This document shows positions 36,210-49,593 of a DNA stretch of 64,000 nucleotides, piece by piece (the stretch's first letter is position 1; each line of letters opens with the position of its first letter). The stretch is from Azolla caroliniana (Eukaryota > Plantae > Polypodiophyta). The notes under the pieces were generated by a model. It was not told where the DNA came from. It searched no databases and saw only the letters and a program-made list of their open reading frames with translations. The stretch is taken from positions 7,440,001 to 7,504,000 of the forward strand of contig JBHGNT010000007.1 of the NCBI GenBank assembly GCA_043228905.1, read 5' to 3'. Both the position numbers and the translations under genes were made by a program.

Positions 36210-39200
36210 TCAGTCAAACCACCGCTTTAGGTCGCTTGAAGTATTTCCATTTACCGACTTCTTTGAACTAGAACCATCAGAGAAGTACTGATTGCGATAT
36301 TTGGCTACAAGGTGATCCAGTTTGTCTTGGATCTCGACTTTTGAATTCTTCTTGTTTTTGTTAGCCTTAGACTGATTGCTGGAGTATGATTCATTTGTTT
36401 TCTGGAAGAATAAAAAACATGTTCAACGATATGTACAAGATACATTCAAAGTTGAAGTTGTAGACTTAAAATTACAAAAATCTAACCTGATTCACTCCAT
36501 TTCTTTGTTTTCCTTCTTGTTGTATAGGACGCCAATTGGCAGAGATAGTACTTTTCTTCTCCAAGTTACTAACAGATGCTTTTTGTTTTCTTGACACGGA
36601 CACTTTCTCCATCTGGACATCCTTAATTTTTTGTCTCTTTGACACAGGTAATTTACTCATCTGACCATCCTCAACTGAGTCTCTATCATTCTTAAACTTT
36701 GGATTCCCTTTTCTTTTCTTAGTGGTAAATGACTTGGAGTCATCTTGTTTCATTTTTTTCTCAAATCTTTTGCCTGAATCAGACTTTCTGCTCATCTGAA
36801 CATCCTTCTCGACTGAGTCCCAGCCTTGATCGTTCTTCAATTTTGAATTTCGTTTCCTTTTTTTGGACTCGAACAACTTTGAATGATCTTGTTTACTTTG
36901 TTTCTCTGAGTTTAAATCATCTTGTTTACTTTGTTTCTCAAATCGTTTTTCTGAATCAGACGTTTTGTTCACATTACGCGGCTTAGCTTTCCTTAACGAA
37001 CTCTGACTGTCAATGACCTCACCTTCACGCTTAGCCTTTCTGTTGGCATTCTCCATTTTTTGTAGCTGATACTTTTTAAGTTTTTGCAAGTCCTCTATTG
37101 TAAACTGAACTATCGGACGCCTCTCAGGGCCAAATGTGTCTGAAATGAGAAAACAATTATAAATTTTTCTGCCTCATTTCACAGAAAAACTCATTAAGAA
37201 ATTACGTAAATCAAACCAGGATTGTTGTTGAGAACTCTCAGCGCCACAAGCGCATGTTCATGTTCAGAGAATTCCACGAAAGCAACGCCCCTTGACTTGT
37301 TACCTTTGGCTTTATCCTTCAAGATGCTGACCTACATCATCCCAACACTTACAAATACTACATAAAATTCCTCTACTCTTCATATTTAAGCCATGAAGAT
37401 TCCTTATATAACAAACCTGTTTTACGAATGGATTCTGCTTAGTTGCTCTTGATTTAACAGCATCAATCAAAAGTTGCCTAAGCTCAGGTTCAGTCATCGA
37501 CTTTGGCACATTGTACACAGCAAGTCTTGTCCTTGAAACATGAAAGTTGGGACTTCTCAGTTTTGTCGCCTTTACCTGCTCCAATCTGTCAAAAAACATT
37601 TTGTGAATAACTTACGAATACAACATAGCAACCACAATCTCCTTGAAAGATACACAAGTGTTACTCTTACTGTCTACGTTTTTGCATGTCTTCATCAGAG
37701 ACACCATGAGCAGCTGGAGTCCCTTCTATTTTACCCTCCTGCTCAATCAAGAAAGTCGAATTAGCATAACACTTATGATAAAGCAAAACACCACGGAAAT
37801 AGCATAACAATGATGATAAGAGGTAGTGAATTCACATAAAATTGCATTGAGATTTTTCTATGATAGCCATAGGGTACAGTACCTCTGCAAGATAAAGATT
37901 CCGCCTATCTACATTTGGAGTTTCAAGTCTTTCCTTTGCTATAGCTTTGGCAGTGTTCTTTTCCATGGCCTTCAGCACTTCCAACTTTCTTCCCCCGAAC
38001 ACAATACCATTTACGAATTTGCCCTCGCCTTTAGCAGCAGCAAGAGCTGCTTCAGCATCATGTTCTGACAAGAATTCCAAAAATGCACTCCCTTTCGGCC
38101 TCCTATATATATAGCAAATCACAGAGGACACTTGTAAGTTCAGAGGGTCATAAAGAAATGCACATTTACTATTCATGAGTGAGATCACAATAAGCTCACT
38201 TGGTTTTTGGATGAAGAACCAAATATACAGATTTCACTTTCCCAAAAGTTAGGAAGTGTTTCTTAATGTCACCAGAATTAACATCAAATGGTAAGTTCTT
38301 TATAAATATGGTTTTATTAATATCCCCTTTTTCCACGTCTTTCCGCCCATCCATATGTTTCTCTTGAATCTGAGATTCTGATTCTTCAATCATCTGACTC
38401 TGGGCTCCTTTTAATGCACTAGCATTGTATTTTGTTGACTTTGACTCAGGTTTTCCTGATTCTCCAATAGAGATAAACTTCTTTGGTACCTTTGTGGCCA
38501 AGTCAAACTCCTCTGCTACAGTAGGTTTTACATTACCAGCATTTCCTTCAGAATTATCCTCTTCCTCACTTTCACTTGCTGTTTCTTCATCGTCTTCCTC
38601 ACTTTCACTTGCTGTTTCTTCATCGTCTTCCTCACTTTCACTTGCTGTTTCTTCATCTTCTTCCATTGCATTCAGCTCATTTTCTCCTCGTTCTCTAGCG
38701 GAGACAAGGTTGTTTAATACCTTTTTTGCCATGTCAAGCTCCTCTACTATGCTAGATTCTACATCCTCGCCACCCCTTTCCTCAATTTCACTTTCACTTG
38801 CTGTGTCCTCATCTTCAATGTCAGATGGAAATTTCTCTGCATTATCTTCTGCAGCTCAAAAATAGATATGATGAATAAACGGAAGATAGAGCACTAGACA
38901 ATTTTGAAATTGTATTTTACTAATACTATTCAGAAAGAACCTGATTTTTTATCTACATTTGCATTCATCTCATAAACATTTCTTTCGACAGCCCAATCTA
39001 TTGCTATCATCCTTTTTTCCAAAGTTTTCCCATTTATCATGGTAATTGCCTGTAAGCCAAAAACAACTTTATTATGCATCTCACTTTCCCTATGACTTAT
39101 TTGTATAGATGAGTTTTGATAATAAACATCAAATAACCTTTTCGGCATTATCTTTACTCATAAAGCTTGCAAATGCAAATCCCTTCGCCCTGCCAACAAA

Positions 39201-42200
39201 AATACATCAAATTAAGGTATTCAATGATTTATGCCTAGGTATATAAATATAGATTACAAATTATGTTTCAATAATCTTCTTTCCTCCATATCTACAACCT
39301 ACACAAGCATAGCATACATAGACAACAACACTAGTGTTGGAAAATATTAAAGAGAGATATCAAAACTTAGACTGACAGGCTTTTAAAATCTGAAGCAGTA
39401 ATTTATTATTGAAAAATTATCATTGACATACAAAGATATAAAGAACTTGCTCGTTGTAATTTATCTTTTTGGCTTTCGTTTGACAAGTAATCTTATTGCG
39501 ATGGTTAATGGTTGGAGCAACTAGTGGCCTTACATGAGAAAGCTTGTCTTTCAAATCTCTATCTGGATTTTGCAAGGGTGGACTAAATTTTGTTTGTATC
39601 TTGGAGGAATAAGTCCAAGATTCCATCTTGATACACCTTGACATCTGTGCACATACCTTATAGGCATGAACGATTTCTATTTTAAGAATTGTGGCTTCAC
39701 TTATCTGCCTCAATATCTTTTTCGTTTATCAATCAATGAGTGAAATCGTGTACTTTAGCTGATCATGAGACAGCCCTAACATTGGATGTGCTTGGGTGGA
39801 GGATTTTTGGAGCTAATTGGTTAAACATTTCCAGCTGATCTTAGACACACGGTCAATGCCAACAACACACTCCAAAAAATTGCTCCAGCTCATATGGACT
39901 TTATATCTTGAACATATGGACTTTTGCATGCAAATCAAGAAGTAAAAGCACTGATAAAGGATGCATACTGGCCATCTGGTTTTCTTGGAATTGTAACCTC
40001 CCAAACGAAACCAATAGATGTAAACAGCGCTCGGATCTTGTCTTCAGTGATGCTAAAAGGAAGGTTACGAATGATGACCCTCCATTTCTTAGTTTTTGAA
40101 CCCTGGGGAAGAAATATATCAAGACATTAGGAAAGAAAAAAGGAATAAAAATCATCTGTAAGAGTATTCTTGAGTTTAAACCACATACCTCCCCTCCTTG
40201 TTGACGAGCCCAAACAACCCCACCTCCTATGCTTTTCCCATGGAGTGCAGCAACTGCCTGACAAGCTGCTTTTACAGATGTATAAACCACTGAAGCAGCG
40301 CCCATCTTACAACCATCTCTCTCTAGACCTGAAAATTTAAGCAAGTTATTCAGCATCATATTATAATGCCAAATGGATGCATTAATCAACGCATGTTGTC
40401 AACAGAGAGGATATATGGCAGATACTTATCGCCAGTCACGCAGGAATGGTATCCACATTCAGAGAGGAGCACATGGACATGTAATTTATTCATGCTTTTT
40501 CCACTCAAGAATCACTATTTTTCTGTTTCTTAGTTGTTTTATATATATCTCATGTTTTACTCTCAAAATAAATGATTTTGGTCACGTATGGTGATAAGAT
40601 AGCTAGCAGAAAAGAGTCCAACCTCTGCCTTTCAGCTCCTGATGGGATAGAGAAGATTGCACCGATTCAACTGATCCAATCTTTTTTGCACGTTCAATTA
40701 CTTCTTCACGCATTTCTGGAGTGATCAGTCCACCAAAAATAATTGTCCTTGCAACCCTAAAAAAGAACGCATTTCAAGCTAAATATAAAACATGGTTGGT
40801 AAAAGGTCACTAAAGATCATAAAGGAACCTTTGTTTTGCTGAGCTTTTTTCTTCAGGGATAGCCCCATTTTTCTTTTCTAATGGTCCATCTGTCATTCCT
40901 GACTCATCTACAGAAAATAATTTGATAATTTAAACATAGTTCATTTCAATAGGATGGTTTTAGAAACCCAATTTAGCATGAAGCATTCTCCTAATGTACT
41001 GTCTGTAATAACAAAGAAGAAAGGGTTTAGGCTTACTAACCGCGTTTATGTTTATCCTTCGTCTGCACATCAGATACAGCAGCATTAATTGATTTGATGG
41101 CAGCAATTTTTTTCTTTTTCTTATTTGACATGGCTGGCTCTTCATGAGGAGTTTCGTCTTTGAGGTCTATATGCTCACCATGCTTTTTATCTTTTCTAAT
41201 CTCACTATTGAAGTTTTGAGGAGATTCTTCTTCGCAGGTTTTAGCATCATTTGCCAGTTGATCACCCTTTGAATTCTCATGTTCTGACAAGCAAGAGAAA
41301 TTCTTTAATTTCAGGGTAACCAGTCAGAAATCTAGCATATCTAAACCATTTGCTCAAAGACACAATTCCACTGTCAGCATGTGTCCATGTGACATTGGAA
41401 TGATAATATCAGGTAAACGGTACTGATCTTCTTTATGTGCATTCTCCATGTAACATAAAAAGCAGAAAATTCTTCATAAAGATGTGAAAATCGTAGTCCA
41501 TTCATACCAGGCTGTTTTTTAGTGCGCCTAAGCTCAAAAGAAGGGCGCCGGTTTGCAAGAGTAACCATGATTTTTCGACCTTGCAGATCAGTGCCATCTT
41601 TGACCTTTACTGCACATGTTGCATGCTCTGCAGCAGCACTGCCCAACAAAAACAAATTCCAACAATCAGAAACAAAATATTACCTTTTAAAAATCTTTAT
41701 GGAGAGTGAGAAAGCGAAATGAAATGAAACAAAATGATGTGAAATGAAATGTTTCATTTCTTCAAAAGATCAATGTTTCCATCGAAAAGTTACACCCATA
41801 TGAATCTATTAGACCATGACTCATAAAGTGAAATAGAAAGTAAAGGAAGGAAGAGAGAGAGAGAGAGAGGGGGAGGGAGGGAGGGAGGGAGAACTTACAA
41901 TTGTACAAACCCAAATCCTCGATGCTGCTCTTTACCTGTATATTGCATAATGGTTTATCATTCTTCTCTTGTAAAATCATTTTATAAATTATTAGAAACT
42001 TTTACATAAATGTAGGAATTCTTTAGATAATTGATCCTAACCATCATGTAATTCTGTATCTCAATATACAGTGATGACACCATTTCATACATAAGGACCA
42101 ATAAGAAGCCTTGCCTTTCTCCTTTACTATAAAACTGCGCCGCACTGGACCAATTTCACTGAAAACCTCCTGAAGCTGCAAAATTAAAGGAAATAAATAG

Positions 42201-43803
42201 TCAGAGCTGGATGCCAGTTATACCAGGTTTTGGTAATGATTACTTATGTATGCCTAAGGGGTGAGTGTAGTTTTAAGAAACAAAAATTGCAAGAGGCTTT
42301 GAATGGAATTTCCTTTTCATCCTATTAGGCTAGAATCATAGCCAGAAGTTTTATTTGGTACCCTCAAGAGCAACCAGAAGATGAGCTCGGGGATTAGGTA
42401 GGAATCAAGATTTAATCATACTCATGAGAAGGTCCACTAAAACTTCTGGATATAGTATTTAAATTTCTAACAGAATCATCTTTCCTCCTTTTGGTATAAA
42501 TAGTTTTCTGATGCTCTCATGAATTTAGCATTTCTAAGGCAGGCTTTCAGAAGGGGTTTACAACTTTGGATCATATATTGACCCTCCCAGCCCTTATCAA
42601 GTAATTTGTACAGCCTTGTTTTCAGAATTGTACAACTTCTAAAAGAATATTTCATACACTGAATGGAATCCTTGGACTAGATTCCAATGACTTAGATGTC
42701 CCATAAGCATTTAAAGCTCTTCTTCTAAGAGCATATTCAATGTATCTTGAATAGCGCATATATATGTGTAGACTCCTACCTTGTACATTTGTTTGGGCTT
42801 TTGTTTTGCAGAACTGCTTCTGCTTTCTTTAATCTCTCCTATATGTTAAACCCCCTTATTGTTTTCAGTTTCTATGTCTATATGTGTAGACTTCTACCTT
42901 GTACACTTTTTTTAAGTTGTCGGCTTTTGTTTTGCAGAACTGCTTCTGCTTTCTTTAATTTCTCCTGTGTTAAACCCCATTATTGTTTTCAGTTTCTAGA
43001 TTTCTGCCTTTACACATTTCAGAAAACTGTCATTCTATCTTCTACTTCTTTACAGAGATCTTTTGAAGACAAAAAGTGCAATATGTCCCACCACTTGAGA
43101 ATCTTACATGTATAGATGTCAACTGTCTTTAGTCACGTCTTAATTCTATTTCTATTTACTTTTTTACTTAGTTATGTTTACTTCAGTTTGCTTTTCTCGA
43201 AGATTAAGATGCAATCTCTTGTTTGTTCTTACAGACCATTTTGGCCTCTTAAAAAACATTTACATATCTTTCTTTACCCCACACAATACCAGATCGACAG
43301 AGATATGACATTAGAATTTCTATACTTCTACATACAGAAAACGTATATAGACATATCAGTCAACGTTTCTAGAAAATCAATCAAACTTGGACATTATCAA
43401 GGAAGAAGAAAAAATATGAAATGGGGAAGAGTGAATCGGTGATCATCCCAGCTCATTACAATTCATTCATGTGGAAATTAGAGTAGCAATTGCTGGTAGT
43501 TGATGTTACAAATTTGGGGATAAACCATAAAACGAGGTCACAGGTACAAACCTGTTAATTGCACTATAAGTTGGCATATATTTAATTTACTACTAATACA
43601 AATACATGTCTATAAATGTATGTATGGGGAGATTAAGTATACTGTTACAATAACATGTCGTTCATTCCTGCATAAAACCTTCACTCATTTAATACCTCTG
43701 GATCAGTAAGGTTGTAAGGTAAGTTTCGGATGAAGATCATACGAGGATCAGCTGAAATTTGTGCCGCAGAAGACATTTCTCTTTCTTTGTTTTTAGTTTT
43801 CAT
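36210..43803 (-). CDS. RBM28: RNA-binding protein 28 / Nop4 homolog (nucleolar multi-RRM protein), ~17 exons
   Basis: RRM1 IFIRNLPY / HRGFGFVQF; [13 protein letters not shown] / KGFAF / IAIDWAV; acidic linker; [12 protein letters not shown] / PKGSAFLEF; [10 protein letters not shown]; [20 protein letters not shown]; [26 protein letters not shown]; [10 protein letters not shown]; C-terminal LKRWFD*. ATG at 43803, stop at 36210-36212. Confidence 0.92.
38558..38662 (-). repeat. 33-bp coding tandem repeat ([11 protein letters not shown] x3) in RBM28
   Basis: Three near-identical units, with a diverged fourth near 38785-38818. Confidence 0.9.
42761..42995. repeat. ~120-bp tandem duplication in RBM28 intron 1
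   Basis: tatgtgtagact..ccttgtaca...ttgcagaactgcttctgctttctttaat...tgttaaacccc.ttattgttttcagttt occurs twice. Confidence 0.85.
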
Positions 43804-44589
43804 TGTCAAAGATGTTTCGTCCTTTCTTTCTACCTGCTAACAAAACTTCTTCTTTAAAACCCCCAAATTTACAGGTAAAGTTGCATTTCATGCTTACGTC
43901 TTGCTAACATAAATAATTTTATTCAAGAAGAAGTTATAGTTTGTCCGCACTGTTAATATCAACAAGATTCCTATAGATAACAGTAGATTACCAGAAACCA
44001 TTATCAACATTATGTATCAATTCCTTATGATATTAGGTACAAAATTGTTAAAGGAACAAAGTACCATTTCAATCACTAAAAGAGTGCTTTCAGAATTTGA
44101 TCTAATAACGCGCTTGACTTCAAAATTGATGTAAATTCACTTGACAAAGATGTAAAGTACTTTAATACTGAGAACAAAAACCCTGAGCTTGATCTTAACT
44201 CATCTGCCTCCTTTGTACTACATAGTCCCATCCATAAAAAATTTGAGAAATCATAAAACCAAAAGCTAAACCCTAAACCCCAAACAGCTTTCTTCGAATA
44301 CATAAATCCTAATTTATAGACACTAACCAGAGAATGCATAGAGCCTAATGCATAAAGTGAGAGGAGAGAAAAGCAAAGAGAGTTACCTAATGAAACAGAG
44401 CTATAGGTTCTCTGCCAAAAAAGGAAAATATTATAATGAATAAAAAATAGGATTAGGGTTTCCGACGAGGAAGCAAGTGGAGAGGCAAACAGAAAGGGTA
44501 AGGGAGAGCAGAGGGAAAAAAATCTGATTGAGAAGCTCAACTAAGAGGTTTTGGAGGTCCTCTAAAACAGGGCTTTTCAGCCAAACACT

Positions 44590-46672
44590 CTTTTCTTCTT
44601 CTTCTTCTTCTTCTTCTTCTTCTTTTCTTTAAATAATGGCTTTCATTAGGAAAGAAAAAAACACCACCATGACTAACTTACTTAGTACTTACTACAAAAA
44701 GTATAGAACCCTTCTATCTATCTATCTATATCTATCTAGGGATCTAAAGAATACTACGACACCAAACTCAATGCCACCCTACACACCAATTCAAATGGCC
44801 GAGTATGATGATATGTGTGACCTTGCAGAGTTCTCTCTCTCTCTCTCTCTCTCTTCCTGGTTGAGATTTCGTGACTTCTCTCTAGCACTGTCAATTCCCA
44901 CAAAAGAAGTCCTTTTAACTTTAGAACATATTTTCTCACCCCAACTTGCGACTCAAAAATGACGGCATTCCCACATATTCCAATTGAACCATGGTCCATA
45001 GCCCCCAATACCTCAAGAACTCGGAAATCATTTGAAAATGAGCCATTGGTTCATTGTTCTCCATATGTGCAAAAACCCAACTGAAGGAAGATAGACTTAC
45101 TCCTGTTAGAGACATCCACACTAAACTGATACACCTCCAAACCATCCTTGCCATCGGGCATGAAATAAATCGATGCCTACTATGTTCCAATTCCACCGAA
45201 CAAAAGAAACACAATCCTTTAGTAATGCTTCTTTTTTTTAATGCATCCCCTAATGGTAAAGCTCCAACCATAACTCTCCAAATAAATACCTTGGCTCGTA
45301 GCATCAATCGAGAACACCAACATGCCTTGATCACATGAAACCACCAAGGAATGGGCTTATGAAAACCCCATATCTTTATAACCCTTTCTTCCAACCACTT
45401 ATGTTTGTCAATCAACTTGTGATAAGCAACATTCGTTGAGATCATAGTTAATCTCTTATTTCCAACAAACCTCCAATCAAGCTCTTGAGATCGCCCATCT
45501 AAATCAGGAATTGGCTCATGCGAAGATAGTATTTGTTGCAACTTATCCCAAATAAAGTTATAACATTTTAGAATACGAAATGTTGATCTTATTGTTCGAA
45601 AAGCCATTAATCTTCTTTGTGAAACCAACATAGCATCCTTAACTGTTACCAAACCCAATCTCGTCATCCAATTAAATTGAAGGTTAAGAATTTGTTTACC
45701 TTCCCACCTCAACAACCTTGATGTTGCCAAAACCTCCATTTGTAATGAATTGGCACATCCCCTTTCTTGTGGGGGATGCCATTCCACAAAATCCAACATA
45801 CTTTGCCAAGATGTCAACAAATGATTAACTATCATAGACCCTGCACATTTGACATCCCTATCAGAATTAATTACATTCCACCAATTCGCTTCAACCTTCA
45901 TGTTTCCAAGCTTTATTCCGTTATTCTCTATAAAGTATGCCACCATTTCTGTCCAAGGTTGTACACCTTCAAACAGGAATCGAATGAAAGTAAATCGACG
46001 AGCCACCATATGCTCATATAGATTCAATATTGATGCCCCACCAAGACGCTTCAAAGTACAAACATGATCCCATGCCAACCATGACAAGGCACTTTCCCTT
46101 TTCTTTTCCATAACAACATTCGCATCAAGCGTGACAACATTTCAAGAGCTTTCTTTGACCATGGGAGCAAAGGAAGATAATATGTGACAATCGATTTCTA
46201 TTCAGAGGTCAATTAAACAAGGATGCCTGGTAAGTCCTTTACTATTCACTATTGTGACACATCCTATTCTTGTTAAGTTACACAATATGGCTACGGAGGA
46301 AGAATTGCTTGGACTAAGGTTGCCATTAAGGAAGCCATGTATTGTTCAAGTTCTCGCAGATGACCATATTATGTTTTTGGCACCTACTCGGGAAAATATT
46401 AGTTAGACAAGATATGTGTGGGAATTGTTTTCAAATGCTTCAGGGTTGAGAATTAATATACATAAATTTGTCCTCATTTCATGTACAAAACAAGATGTGC
46501 TAGCGTTGGGGTGGTCAGGAAGGATAGTACATTGTGGTATGATTTGTCGTCATCTTGGATATCCAATTGGGGTGGAAGTTTCTCATGTGAAACTTATTGA
46601 GTGGGTATCCAAAAGGTTGGAGGATAAGTTTATGTATTGGAGGTCTCAAATTTGGCCTTTTCATGTACGACT
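44590..46672 (-). mobile_element. L1-type LINE fragment with 5' inversion
   Basis: Minus ORF 44936..46111 (WLAWDHVCTLKRLGG; zf-RVT KVFIWR...CFFC..EHSRHRFISC) ends in a (GAA)n tail near 44595-44630. Plus-strand 46135-46672 is the RT core (GCLVSPLLF, LADD, SGLRINIHK, HLGYPIG). Confidence 0.85.
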
Positions 46673-47419
46673 CAGCCAAACACACATACACACACACACA
46701 CTCTCTCTCTCTCTCTCCATCTAAAAACCAAAGTGGTTTTCCAAGCCTTGGAAAAAGAAAGAAGAATAAGATAGATATTTGAAGAGTTACTTGCCAAGTC
46801 AGTGGGTCGATCAGTTAAAAAAAGGAGGGGCCAACCAAGCCAATGGCCACACGATCGGATGTGAATTGAAATCTCACACTCTGGCACTTTCTGCGAGCAA
46901 TTAGCATTGATTTCTCGTGTAGCATAGAATCACACAACGCCCAGTTATCGTCTTAACAACATAACGTTTCGCAAACACGCATATATCTATGTATGTTTCG
47001 GATCAAACTAATGATGATCAAAGAATACGAAGATTAAGAGGAGATGAATGGATGAAGGGTGCTTGGCCCCACCAAACCACTCTTAGGCGTAGGTCATGTG
47101 ACAAACATAAAAAATAACATAGTGTACCATACCACTGAATTTTTACCTCATGTTATACCTTGGTTGTTGATTAACATATCCCAGGAAGAGGGTTTGACCT
47201 CACCAATTTGAGTCTCAACAGCATCTCAAGTTGTCGTAATGAATGGAGTAGCTAGCCCCATTTACATAACTCAACCCATGTATCATATGTCCATATGGTT
47301 TGTCCCAAATCCTAGGATAACTAGTTTCTCAACTACATATCCTACTCTTAACCCATTAAATTTAGGTGTAGAATTGGCCTATAGGGTTATACATATAATA
47401 ATGTAGATGTATGTGTGTT

Positions 47420-47580
47420 AGCAAAGCCCCATGTCACCACAAACGGAGACTAATGGAATCTTGACCGATGAAACTAAAGTCAAGCTAATCCTTGACATGC
47501 CTCATCCCACCATTGAGAAATAACTCCCAACTTTAATGGGATATGCAAATTACTACAGGAGATTCATCAAGATATAAGGC
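47420..47580 (+). mobile_element. Ty3/gypsy RT remnant
   Basis: GILTDETKVKLILDMP...LMGYANYYRRFIK motif. Confidence 0.6.
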
Positions 47581-48807
47581 ATGACCTCACGAACGATTGC
47601 TTAAAATTTTTGTTGCATGTTAATTCCTAACATTGATTAGGATTTAGTGATGAGACATGAAACATATCCATCATAAATGAAATTGAAGACGCACACATAG
47701 GCGGAATTGGTGGATGGCTTTATTAGGACATGAACATTGAAAATAACTAGAGTAATTGACCATTACATAGGAGCTTGTAACACCACTAACTTTAATCCTC
47801 GACTCCAAGTTCCAACCTAGGGACATAATGTCAAAAATGGAAATGTATGAAAAGAACAAGTAGAGCTACTATTAGTGAAGTGGAACACTTCACTAAGAGA
47901 CAAAACCAAACTTTAAACCACTATTCATTATCTCCATTGATGATGTGTAGAGGGTTGTGTTTTAGTTGTCCATGCCATCCATTTTTGGATGTTCAAGCTC
48001 AATTGTAAAATCATAGGGGGTGTTGAATCACGATGACATGTATGCCATTCTTATTTTCAAACACATCATAGGCTTCAATCTTTAGTACATAATCATGCCA
48101 TGTCATTCTTTGTTGCTTCATTGATTAACATAGTGAATATAAAGAATATTGACTTTCCTTGGTATTATGCATGAATTTGTCAGCCCTACTTAGGAGAGGT
48201 TTTGATTTTATTCAAATTAATTTACTGTGTAAAACCATGCATATTTTAAGGCGTCTAACCAACATAAGAGTTGATACCATGTACCAAGAAATACTTACTA
48301 TGGGGATTGTAGGTCTTTCTATTACATTGAAATTATTTAGCACAAGATCTTCCAAGGTTATTATCGATTATTTATTCTTATGTTCATTAACATTAGAAAC
48401 TTATCAATCCATTTGACTTCTATATTACTAGGGTAGATTCCTTGATCATTGATATGTTGCACTTCTAACTTTAATTTTATAAATTGATGAAAAATGGTAG
48501 CTTCATGTATGTGAATTCGTGATAGTCATGACATTAGTTATAGCCTATAGGTTAGGAAAAAATAAGAGACATTTCTTATGAACATGGATTAATCGATGAC
48601 CACCTCACCTTTTGTCGTCTTTGCTTCAAACTCCCTAGTCCACGTCTTTCTCCCCTTTGAGTGACTCCTTCATTTGTCTCTTCCTCATTCACCTGAGCAA
48701 GAAAACCATAATAAAATATTCCAAAGAAGGAGAAGACGTGCACACTCGCCAACCCTAACACAAACCATGTAAGAAGAAGAAGATATGTACACTCACCAAA
48801 ACAAACC

Positions 48808-48840
<33 letters not shown>

Positions 48841-49593
48841 CTCACAACCTCTCCCAAACCCTCTAAAATTCCCAAAAATGGTGAAACCCAAACATTTCAA
48901 TCAACTAAGATATTTGATTATCACTTACCATGCTTGGGACTGAATGGTACATTATTAGTGAATCTCTAGCATGGTTTCTCAACTTCATTCAAGTGTATTC
49001 CTTTACCATGTTGACTCATCCTACAAAAAAATCGACTAGAAAGTTATAATCTAGCTAAGTTAGGCTACAAATGAGTTGTTGAAACAATGAAACATACACA
49101 TATATTGCGCAAAAACTTTTGCATAACTCTTGGAATTGTCCTTTCCACCCTACTCGAAATGTGGTAGACATAAGATAACTTGTGGAACGAATGGCTCTAA
49201 ATCATATAATACTAGAGAAATCTTATCAATTGAGTAGCAAATAATGAAATGTAAAAAGTGTTGATTGCTCAACGCAATGTCAACTTGAGAAATGTTATAT
49301 CGATTACATCTAAATGGAGCTTGCCAATTGAACTTCTTGAAAATGTTAATCCCTTGAGCTCCTTGATGTTGATTGTGACTTGAAATTATAGGAAAAGATT
49401 GTTTGCTAGCTTAATAATGCTTTGCAAGGAGGACACCATGCTATCAAATTTCTAGTGTCTAAGGACAACTTCGAATGAAGTGAGCATGGTGTAAGCACCA
49501 ACATTATTGTATTTAGGACTCACCTCATCATAGCTTTCTGCATGATGTTGGTAGCTAAGTGGCTTATGATCATATCTACGTTTATACCAAATC

